From Lacibacter sp. (GTDB lineage Bacteria > Bacteroidota > Bacteroidia > Chitinophagales > Chitinophagaceae), in the NCBI GenBank assembly GCA_050916065.1, contig CP051137.1:1846561-1910560 (forward strand): DNA of 64,000 bases, in the 5' to 3' direction. A program made the translations under genes and the position numbers. Position 1 is the first letter of the stretch; every line of letters starts with the position of its first letter. Under the pieces are notes generated by a model that made no database searches, was not told the origin of the DNA, and saw only the letters and a program-made list of their open reading frames with translations. Shown piece after piece: positions 49,051-56,290 of this stretch.

Positions 49051-49770
49051 ATGAAGCTTTTTCTCATTCGTTATACCAAGATCATTTTCATAAGATTTCA
49101 GGCAGATAAAATTTTCAATTTCCTCTCCGGTTTTTTGTCAAATCTATATTACTTAACTAAGCTCTCTGCATGGATCAGGAAAAATAAAAAAAACGCAGTG
49201 AATGATTTCCCATCTAAATGGGATTATGAAAAAAGATACCCTTTATACCAAAGAGTCTTGGAAACCGAACATCTTTTGGATGCGCCTGTTCATTATCTTG
49301 AATTTGGAGTAGCAGCAGGTCAATCATTCCGCTGGTTTCTCAATGTAAACAAAAATGAAAACAGTCGCTTCTGGGGCTTTGACACTTTTACCGGTCTTCC
49401 GGAAGATTTCGGGGTTTACAAAAAAGGAATGTTCAATACGAATAACCGGGTGCCTGAAATCAATGATACAAGAGGAAGTTTTCACCAGGGATTATTTCAA
49501 CAAACCTTACCCACTTTTTTACGTTCATTTCAGAACGACAAAAAGAAGATTATCATGCTGGATGCAGATTTGTATTCTGCTACACTCTTCGTTTTAACTT
49601 CATTTGCTCCCCTGTTAAAGAAAGGTGATATTATTTTCTTTGATGAATTTTCTGTTCCTACCCAGGAATTCAAAGCCTTTCATGAATTTCAAATTGCCTA
49701 TCCGCATATAAACCTGCAACTGATAGGTGCTGCTAACAATTTTTACTTCACTGCCTTCAAAGTAGTTTGA
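49051..49770 (+). CDS. TylF/MycF/NovP-like class I methyltransferase
   Basis: YLEFGVAAG, GFDTFTGLPE, GLFQQTLP, LDADLYSAT, FFDEF; start placed at MKLFLI. Confidence 0.85.
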   Translation: MKLFLIRYTKIIFIRFQADKIFNFLSGFLSNLYYLTKLSAWIRKNKKNAVNDFPSKWDYEKRYPLYQRVLETEHLLDAPVHYLEFGVAAGQSFRWFLNVNKNENSRFWGFDTFTGLPEDFGVYKKGMFNTNNRVPEINDTRGSFHQGLFQQTLPTFLRSFQNDKKKIIMLDADLYSATLFVLTSFAPLLKKGDIIFFDEFSVPTQEFKAFHEFQIAYPHINLQLIGAANNFYFTAFKVV

Positions 49771-49774
49771 TCTA

Positions 49775-49806
49775 AAATAAAAACCCCGACTGATAGCCGG
49801 GGTTTA
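49775..49806 (-). terminator. nusG terminator; right copy of 27-bp inverted repeat
   Basis: Reverse complement of 49780-49806 is identical to 48910-48936. Confidence 0.85.
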
Positions 49807-49824
49807 ATAATATGACGTAAAATT

Positions 49825-50397
49825 TTATGCGATTTTTTCTACCTGCATGTAGTTTAATTCAACAGGTGTTGCACGACCGAAGATCTTTACAGTAACACGC
49901 AGTTTTTTCTTTTCATCATTTACCTCCTCAATAACGCCGTTAAAGTCGTTAAATGGTCCATCAATGATCTTAATGGTTTCGCCGATGATGAATGGTTCAC
50001 TCATGGTCATACCTGTTGCATCTGCCATTTCATCTACCTTACCCAGCATTTTATTGACTTCAGCCTTGCGCAATGCAATAGGGTGTTCTTTTCCCAGGAA
50101 ATGAATCACATTGCTGGTATTGGCAATCGTTTCACGGATATCATCACTCATCTTACCACCTTCTACTTCAATCATCACATAACCGGGATAGAAGTTGCGT
50201 TCACGAACCACTTTCTTTCCATTGGCAACTTTATATACCTTCTCCACCGGCAGAAAAACCTGTTTTACAATTTTATCCCATCCGCTGCGGGTAATTTCCT
50301 TATCCAGGTATTCTTTCACCTTCTTTTCCTTGCCGCTCACAACACGCAGCACATACCACTTGCTTGTTTCAACATTTGCTGCTTCAGTACTCATCAT
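49825..50397 (-). CDS. nusG: Transcription termination/antitermination factor NusG
   Basis: WYVLRVVSGKEKKV, YPGYV, DGPFNDFNG, IFGRATPVEL. Confidence 0.98.
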   Translation of the reverse strand: MMSTEAANVETSKWYVLRVVSGKEKKVKEYLDKEITRSGWDKIVKQVFLPVEKVYKVANGKKVVRERNFYPGYVMIEVEGGKMSDDIRETIANTSNVIHFLGKEHPIALRKAEVNKMLGKVDEMADATGMTMSEPFIIGETIKIIDGPFNDFNGVIEEVNDEKKKLRVTVKIFGRATPVELNYMQVEKIA

Positions 50398-50400
50398 TCA

Positions 50401-50595
50401 TTATTTAAACAGTGAATAAACTAACTCTAACAGGCTGGCAATACCTAAATCCATTACCCATACAATACCGGTAATGATGAGGGTAGCCACCAGTACAATC
50501 ATTGTTGATTGCTGCAACTGGCTCCAGGTGGGCCAGGTTACTTTTTCCAGCAATTCTCTGTAAGAGTCTTTTACGTAGGCGGTTAATTTGCTCAT
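50401..50595 (-). CDS. secE: Preprotein translocase SecE
   Basis: ELLEKVTWPT plus one TM; between tRNA-Trp and nusG. Confidence 0.95.
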   Translation of the reverse strand: MSKLTAYVKDSYRELLEKVTWPTWSQLQQSTMIVLVATLIITGIVWVMDLGIASLLELVYSLFK

Positions 50596-50630
50596 TGAAA
50601 CTACAATTTGATAATTTTCTATTTGCTCGG

Positions 50631-50701
50631 CACGGGTACTAGGATTCGAACCCAGACTGAAGGTTTTGGAGACCTCTGTACTACCGTTATACTATACCCG
50701 T
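50631..50701 (-). tRNA. tRNA-Trp(CCA)
   Basis: ACGGGTA...TACCCGT stem; GAGGT-CT CCA AA-ACCTT. Confidence 0.95.
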
Positions 50702-50778
50702 AGAAAGCTAAAAGCTATTCCGCAATTGCGGAACAGCTTTTAGCACTATGTTGCAAAGATAGAATCTTTTGCGTGAAA

Positions 50779-50820
50779 GCCTCACGGCCCGTAGCTAAAA
50801 GCCCGTAGCTCGCAGTTTTT
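50779..50820. repeat. 7-bp tandem array just downstream of the tuf stop
   Basis: GCCTCAC GGCCCGT AGCTAAA AGCCCGT AGCTCGC AGTTTTT. Confidence 0.6.
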
Positions 50821-50823
50821 AGA

Positions 50824-52011
50824 TTACTTCAGAATCTCAGTTACCTGGCCGGCACCTACTGTACGACCACCCTCACGGATAGCGAATTTCAAACCTTTCT
50901 CCATAGCAATAGGAGCAATCAGTTTTACAGTAAGATTGGTGTTATCACCAGGCATAACCATTTCTGTACCTTCCGGTAACTGGCATTCGCCGGTTACGTC
51001 TGTTGTACGGAAATAGAATTGAGGACGGTATTTGTTGAAGAATGGAGTGTGACGTCCACCTTCTTCCTTGCTTAATACGTAAACTTCACCTTTGAATTCA
51101 GTGTGAGGAGTGATTGATTTAGGAGCACAGATAACCATACCACGACGGATATCTTTCTTTTCAATACCACGGAGCAACAAACCGGCGTTATCACCAGCTT
51201 CGCCACGATCCAGCAACTTTTTAAACATTTCCACACCTGTTACTGTAGAGTTTAAAGGAGCTTCCATTAAACCTACAATTTCAACTGCTTCACCTACTTT
51301 CACTACACCACGCTCAATACGACCGGTAGCTACTGTACCACGACCAGTGATAGAGAATACATCTTCCACACTCATAAGGAAAGGCATATCAACCGGTCGG
51401 GGAGGAAGAGGAATGTAAGAATCTACAGCTTCCATCAACTCTTCAACGCATTTCACCCACTTTTCTTCACCGGCCAAAGCACCTGTAGCAGATCCTTTGA
51501 TGATTGGAGTGTTATCACCGTCAAAGCCGTATGAGCTTAACAGGTCACGGATTTCCATTTCAACCAGATCAAGAAGCTCAGCATCATCAACTAGGTCTAC
51601 TTTATTCATAAACACAACAATTTTAGGTACACCTACCTGGCGTGCCAAAAGGATGTGTTCTTTTGTTTGAGGCATTGGACCATCAGTAGCGGCAACTACG
51701 AGGATAGCACCGTCCATCTGGGCAGCACCGGTAATCATATTCTTCACATAGTCAGCGTGACCAGGACAGTCAACGTGTGCATAGTGACGGTTTGCTGTTT
51801 GGTATTCTACGTGTGCTGTATTGATAGTGATACCACGCTCTTTTTCTTCAGGCGCACCATCAATTTCATCGTACTTTTTTGCCTGGGCCAGACCTTTCTT
51901 AGAAAGGATGTCTGTAATAGCCGCAGTCAAAGTTGTTTTACCATGGTCAACGTGGCCAATAGTACCAACGTTAACGTGGGGTTTCTCCCGCTTAAAGGTC
52001 TCTTTTGACAT
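50824..52011 (-). CDS. tuf: Elongation factor Tu
   Basis: [37 protein letters not shown]. Confidence 0.99.
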   Translation of the reverse strand: MSKETFKREKPHVNVGTIGHVDHGKTTLTAAITDILSKKGLAQAKKYDEIDGAPEEKERGITINTAHVEYQTANRHYAHVDCPGHADYVKNMITGAAQMDGAILVVAATDGPMPQTKEHILLARQVGVPKIVVFMNKVDLVDDAELLDLVEMEIRDLLSSYGFDGDNTPIIKGSATGALAGEEKWVKCVEELMEAVDSYIPLPPRPVDMPFLMSVEDVFSITGRGTVATGRIERGVVKVGEAVEIVGLMEAPLNSTVTGVEMFKKLLDRGEAGDNAGLLLRGIEKKDIRRGMVICAPKSITPHTEFKGEVYVLSKEEGGRHTPFFNKYRPQFYFRTTDVTGECQLPEGTEMVMPGDNTNLTVKLIAPIAMEKGLKFAIREGGRTVGAGQVTEILK

Positions 52012-52055
52012 CTTATTTGTTTTTAATTGTGTTTACAAAAAACTGTTTAAAATCA

Positions 52056-52129
52056 TTTATGTAGTCGGCTACAGAAACATTTATCAGCTTCTGTTGCGTC
52101 GCACTCTTGTACGTTCTTAACTCTATTCA
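52056..52129 (-). repeat. Dispersed intergenic element, copy C
   Basis: Minus strand TGAATAGAGTTAAGAACGTACAAGAGTGCGACGCAACAGAAGCTGAT. Confidence 0.9.
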
Positions 52130-52139
52130 TCAAAAACAG

Positions 52140-52211
<72 letters not shown>

Positions 52212-52264
52212 TGGTAGAGTATCAGTGAGGATATACTCACATCAACTTATTTAAAGAACTCCTG

Positions 52265-52340
52265 TGGAGCGGGAGACCGGGCTCGAACCGGCCACCTGAA
52301 GCTTGGAAGGCTACCGCTCTACCAAATGAGCTACTCCCGC
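52265..52340 (-). tRNA. tRNA-Gly(TCC), CCA encoded
   Basis: GCGGGAG...CTCCCGC-T-CCA; anticodon loop CT TCC AA. Confidence 0.95.
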
Positions 52341-52423
52341 TTATAAACTTCAAAGGGTAGAAATAGTGCGATAAAACTTCTAAACCTTAACCTTTTCTAA
52401 CCTTTAAACCTAACTAAGAACTG

Positions 52424-52506
52424 TGGGCAGGAGAGGATTCGAACCTCTGAAGTCGAAAGACAGCGGATTTACAGTCCGCCCCATTTGGCCGCTCTGGAAC
52501 CTGCCC
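52424..52506 (-). tRNA. tRNA-Tyr(GTA)
   Basis: GGGCAGG...CCTGCCC; GCGGA-CT GTA AA-TCCGC; long variable arm. Confidence 0.96.
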
Positions 52507-52538
52507 TTCCCCAATTCCAAACGAACGGAACTGTTGAG

Positions 52539-52611
52539 AGCCACTTGTCGGACTCGAACCAACGACCTGCTGATTACAAATCAGCTGCTCTACCAACTGA
52601 GCTAAAGTGGC
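52539..52611 (-). tRNA. tRNA-Thr(TGT)
   Basis: GCCACTT...AAGTGGC; CTGAT-TT TGT AA / ATCAG anticodon arm. Confidence 0.96.
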
Positions 52612-52689
52612 GTGTTTAAATTTCAAAAAACAATCTGTAAAAGAGCCTGATTACTGTGCATGCGTATGCACCCCTATTTTTTGGGAAGG

Positions 52690-52697
52690 CAAAGGTA
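52690..52697 (-). promoter_or_regulatory. -7 promoter box for tRNA-tuf operon
   Basis: TACCTTTG on the minus strand. Confidence 0.65.
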
Positions 52698-52768
52698 ACG
52701 GAAAACATGAAATGGAAAAATTTTTAAAAAGAAAATTCAATGAATTTATTAACGCCCTTTCACCAAAC

Positions 52769-52798
52769 AAAAAATCCCATTGCTGTGGCAATGGGATT
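52769..52798 (-). terminator. hpf terminator
   Basis: AATCCCATTGC-TGTG-GCAATGGGATT with A-tract on the plus strand. Confidence 0.8.
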
Positions 52799-52808
52799 GG
52801 AGTAGTTT

Positions 52809-53111
52809 TTAAAGCTGGTAATGCTTTTCTTTTTTTCGTTTTAATTGAGTAATGAGTGAATCAAGGGCTTCATCAAATGACTGTTCAAATGATTTGGAAG
52901 TTTGTTTTACAAATAACTGCTGACGGGGAACATGTACTTTAATCTCTGCTACCTTGTCTTTAATGTTGTGCACCACGTTGTCTAATTTGAGGTACACATC
53001 CACTTTCATAATTCGGTCATGAAAGCCGAGAAGTTTCTGTACACGCTGTTTTACGTAATCAATCAGTTTAGCATCGGCGTCGAACCGCACAGTCTGGATG
53101 TTTACAGTCAT
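52809..53111 (-). CDS. hpf: Ribosome hibernation factor HPF/RaiA
   Basis: MTVNIQTVRFDADAKL, KVAEIKVHVP, SFEQSFD..QLKRKKEK; start placed at MTVNIQ. Confidence 0.9.
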   Translation of the reverse strand: MTVNIQTVRFDADAKLIDYVKQRVQKLLGFHDRIMKVDVYLKLDNVVHNIKDKVAEIKVHVPRQQLFVKQTSKSFEQSFDEALDSLITQLKRKKEKHYQL

Positions 53112-53272
53112 AGCAAACTTTTTTTTCTTGTGAATAAATATGTGAAAGAACTGGAAACTGGATTCAAAGGGTCTTGAATTTTTTCCTGCATTCAATTTAC
53201 TCCAATATGATCTTTTTTCAAAATATATTTAGCTGACAGCTACAGATTTTAACCTGATTTTAATCGGCCGGC

Positions 53273-54175
53273 TTATGCCTTTGGATGGGCTTTTTTGTGA
53301 ATGTCTTTGAGCTTTTCAATTGTATTGTGCGTATAAATCTGTGTGGCGGCCAGACTGCTGTGCCCTAATAACTCTTTTACAGCATTCAAATCAGCCCCGT
53401 TATTCATTAAGTGGGTAGCAAACGTATGACGGAGGACATGCGGGCTTTTCTTTTCGGCAGTTGTTACAAGCGAAAGGTATTGTTTCACTTTTGTTTGTAT
53501 ATACCTGGGATGCAAGCCTCTGCCCTTTTCATTAACGAGGAGACATTCATCAGGTTTTGCAGAAAATTTCTCCTTTTTAGCTGACAGATATTGCTTCAGC
53601 TTTTCCTTTAATTCAATATTGATGGGAATGAGCCGTTCTTTGTTGCCTTTGCCCAAAATCTTCAGATTGTTTTTACTTAAATCCACCTGCGTTTCTTTGA
53701 GATGCACCAACTCGCTTAAACGCATACCAGTACTGTAAAACAGCATGAGCATCAGCCTGTTTACCTGCCCTTCCCATGAATCAGGAAACTCCACATGAGC
53801 AAATAAAACAGACATACTTTTCTCCTCTACAAAAGAGGGCAGGCGTTTGTTAATACGGGGAGAAACTACCGCAGTCATAGGTGTAGCAGTTAACCCACCG
53901 GTTTTCATAGCATATTTAAAAAAAGATTTCAGCGATGAAATACGCCGGTTGATGGTTTTGGCAGAATCGCCTTTTTCTTTCTGATAAGCAAGCCAACTGC
54001 GTACAAAAGTGGCTGATATCTCTTTCAGCGTCAGTTCTCCGAAATTGGCCCTGAGGAATTGAAAAAAAAGCTCCAGATCATCCTGGTAGGCCTTGATGGT
54101 ATGAGGTGAGTAACGTTTCTCAAACTTGAGATAGTCAATAAAAGGCTGATATGGGATATTGGTAGTACTATGCAT
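53273..54175 (-). CDS. xerC: XerC-like tyrosine recombinase
   Basis: TGMRLSE, GKGNKER, HVLRHTFATHL, LGHSSLAATQIY; usual Bacteroidota rpsU-xerC-hpf order. Confidence 0.85.
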   Translation of the reverse strand: MHSTTNIPYQPFIDYLKFEKRYSPHTIKAYQDDLELFFQFLRANFGELTLKEISATFVRSWLAYQKEKGDSAKTINRRISSLKSFFKYAMKTGGLTATPMTAVVSPRINKRLPSFVEEKSMSVLFAHVEFPDSWEGQVNRLMLMLFYSTGMRLSELVHLKETQVDLSKNNLKILGKGNKERLIPINIELKEKLKQYLSAKKEKFSAKPDECLLVNEKGRGLHPRYIQTKVKQYLSLVTTAEKKSPHVLRHTFATHLMNNGADLNAVKELLGHSSLAATQIYTHNTIEKLKDIHKKAHPKA

Positions 54176-54241
54176 AAAACACTAATAGCCGTAAAGTTAA
54201 TAAACTCTACGGCTATCAGCTATTTCTGTAGTTAAATGTTC

Positions 54242-54439
54242 TTACAGTTCAATTTTTCCGCTTGCAATCTGTTGCTTGTAGATTGCCTTCAACACTTCAC
54301 CTCTTCTGCGTACAGAAGGTTTGGTAAATGACTGACGCTCACGCAACTGAAGCAATACTTTGCTCTTTTCAAATTTCTTCTTGTACTTTTTCAGCGCCTT
54401 GTCAATGTTTTCGCAATCTTTTGAATCGATAATAAGCAT
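54242..54439 (-). CDS. rpsU: 30S ribosomal protein S21
   Basis: ENIDKALKKYKKKFEK, FTKPSVRRR; start at MLIIDS. Confidence 0.96.
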   Translation of the reverse strand: MLIIDSKDCENIDKALKKYKKKFEKSKVLLQLRERQSFTKPSVRRRGEVLKAIYKQQIASGKIEL

Positions 54440-54443
54440 ATAT

Positions 54444-54452
54444 ACCCCCTTA
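54444..54452 (-). promoter_or_regulatory. Strong Shine-Dalgarno sequence of rpsU
   Basis: TAAGGGGGT, 4 nt before the ATG. Confidence 0.75.
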
Positions 54453-54540
54453 TATATTTTAGAGGCGCAAATATAAGCAGCTTCCATCATTCAGCAAAAC
54501 ATAAATTCGGCTTTTGCTAAAAGCAGGTAATTTTGCAGCC

Positions 54541-55143
54541 ATGTTTACAGGAATTATTGAAGCAACAGGTACCGTTGCCGCTGTTGAGCAAAAAGGCAGC
54601 AACCGCACTTTCTGGATCAGCTCTTCTATTTCAAATGAATTAAAGGTAGATCAAAGCGTTTCTCACGACGGAGTTTGCCTGACAGTGGAAGAAATAAAAC
54701 CCGGCTCGCATCGTGTTACGGCCATTGAAGAAACCTTATTGAAATCCACGCTTGGCAGCTGGCAACCCGGTGATGAGATGAACCTGGAACGCTGTCTATT
54801 ACTCCCCTCAAGACTGGATGGGCACCTCGTTCAAGGCCATGTAGATACAACAGGAATCTGCACCAGCTTGATTGAGAAAGAAGGCAGCTGGGAATATGAA
54901 TTTGAGTTTGATCCAAGCCCCGAGTATATGACGCTCATTGTAGAAAAGGGATCCATCAGTCTGAACGGAACGAGCCTAACAGTTTTTAATATTAAACAAA
55001 ACAGGTTTACTGTAGCGATTATACCCTATACGTATGAGCATACTTCTATAAACAACATAAAACCGGGTAAAAAAATCAACCTTGAGTTTGACATCTTAGG
55101 CAAGTATGTTTTACGCAACCAACAAGTACGCAGTTACTCGTAA
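54541..55143 (+). CDS. ribE: Riboflavin synthase (alpha chain)
   Basis: MFTGII N-terminus, GVCLTV, GHLVQGHVD, KGSISLNGTSLT, NLEFDILGKY. Confidence 0.96.
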   Translation: MFTGIIEATGTVAAVEQKGSNRTFWISSSISNELKVDQSVSHDGVCLTVEEIKPGSHRVTAIEETLLKSTLGSWQPGDEMNLERCLLLPSRLDGHLVQGHVDTTGICTSLIEKEGSWEYEFEFDPSPEYMTLIVEKGSISLNGTSLTVFNIKQNRFTVAIIPYTYEHTSINNIKPGKKINLEFDILGKYVLRNQQVRSYS

Positions 55144-55253
55144 AAATACGCCGTTAAAAATCACAAAGTTCCCCCCTTTTACAGGTACTGCTTCCTGTAT
55201 ATCTTGCATGTAAATTAAAGCACCTTGCTGCTAACCCTTAATGGAAACAATAA

Positions 55254-56207
55254 ATGGCAGATATTTCAATAATAGTACCCGTTTACAATGAAGCTGAGTT
55301 TATCCTACCCTTTTACTATGAACTCAAAAAACACGTTCCAAAAGATATTGAGTTAATTTGGGTGGATGATGGCAGTACTGATAGCACATTGGCTGAAATT
55401 GAACAATTGGCGATGCTTGATTCCAGGATTCGCTGTATTTCGCTTACACGCAATTTCGGACAAGTAGCGGCTGTTTCAGCAGGCATTGATTTTGCACTTG
55501 CCTCTACCGTTATCATTATGAACGGAAACCTTACAAATCCTCCTTCAGTAATACCTGTTTTGCTCAGGAAGCTTGCTGATGGTTATGAGGTTGTAAATGC
55601 TTTGCCTGAAGCCAATCATAAAACTTCTTTTTTAGTGAAAGGACTTTTGAATTTTTACTACCGTATAATTAACAAGATTGCTCCGGGAAGAAATGGAAAC
55701 GATATCATTTCATTCAGAGCCTTTAATTATAAAGTTTCAGATGGCATACGACAATTAAAAGAGCGTAATCTTTTTTTGGAAAACTTCTTTTCATGGTCAG
55801 GCTACAAAACGGCATCTGTTAATTACCATTGCCAGAAATGCAGTAAAAAAGAAATAAAGTATTCTATTGCGCACATAAGCAACGAAACTAAAAAGGCATT
55901 TCAAAACCCTGGGGATTCAACAATAAAGAGTTTTTTTGCAGGTGGCTTCCTGTTAATGGGAGTTGCTGCCTACAACTGCTCGTTAATCATTAAGCAGTTG
56001 AATATAAATCAATCTGTAAGCCCTTATACTATCGCTTTAACAGTTTTGATTTTTACCGGAGCGCTGATATTAATGATTAAAAGCAATTACAGGCTTCTTG
56101 AAAAAAAGGTTTTGCTCCGCAGCAACCGTTTGCCTAAGTATCTTGTGAAAGATATTATTGAACAGGATAACAGTTACTCAAGGTTTCAATACGAACTGCA
56201 TAAATAG
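55254..56207 (+). CDS. GT2 (GtrB/ArnC-like) protein with degenerate catalytic motifs
   Basis: SIIVPVYNE, VDDGSTD, TRNFGQ, two C-terminal TMs; DxD position reads NGN. Confidence 0.8.
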   Translation: MADISIIVPVYNEAEFILPFYYELKKHVPKDIELIWVDDGSTDSTLAEIEQLAMLDSRIRCISLTRNFGQVAAVSAGIDFALASTVIIMNGNLTNPPSVIPVLLRKLADGYEVVNALPEANHKTSFLVKGLLNFYYRIINKIAPGRNGNDIISFRAFNYKVSDGIRQLKERNLFLENFFSWSGYKTASVNYHCQKCSKKEIKYSIAHISNETKKAFQNPGDSTIKSFFAGGFLLMGVAAYNCSLIIKQLNINQSVSPYTIALTVLIFTGALILMIKSNYRLLEKKVLLRSNRLPKYLVKDIIEQDNSYSRFQYELHK

Positions 56208-56239
56208 TAATTCAGCAAATCAATCCTGACAACATAATA

Positions 56240-56271
56240 AATAAAGCCGGTTCAAATGAACCGGCTTTATT
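56240..56271. terminator. Bidirectional terminator between convergent genes
   Basis: AATAAAGCCGGTTCA-AA-TGAACCGGCTTTATT perfect 15-bp stem. Confidence 0.88.
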
Positions 56272-56290
56272 GTATGTATACACTAAGGCA

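Noticed and set aside
52295..52315. Mismatch in the tRNA-Gly anticodon stem suggesting a pseudo-tRNA
   Set aside because: Single mismatch; the rest of the cloverleaf, CCA end and operon position are normal.
52374..52416. AACCTT-rich run between tRNA-Tyr and tRNA-Gly
   Set aside because: Period is irregular, so it was not counted among the heptamer arrays.
53273..54175. Tyrosine recombinase near a tRNA cluster as a prophage or island integrase
   Set aside because: XerC-like length and motifs in the usual rpsU-xerC-hpf-tRNA-tuf order; no att duplication or cargo seen.
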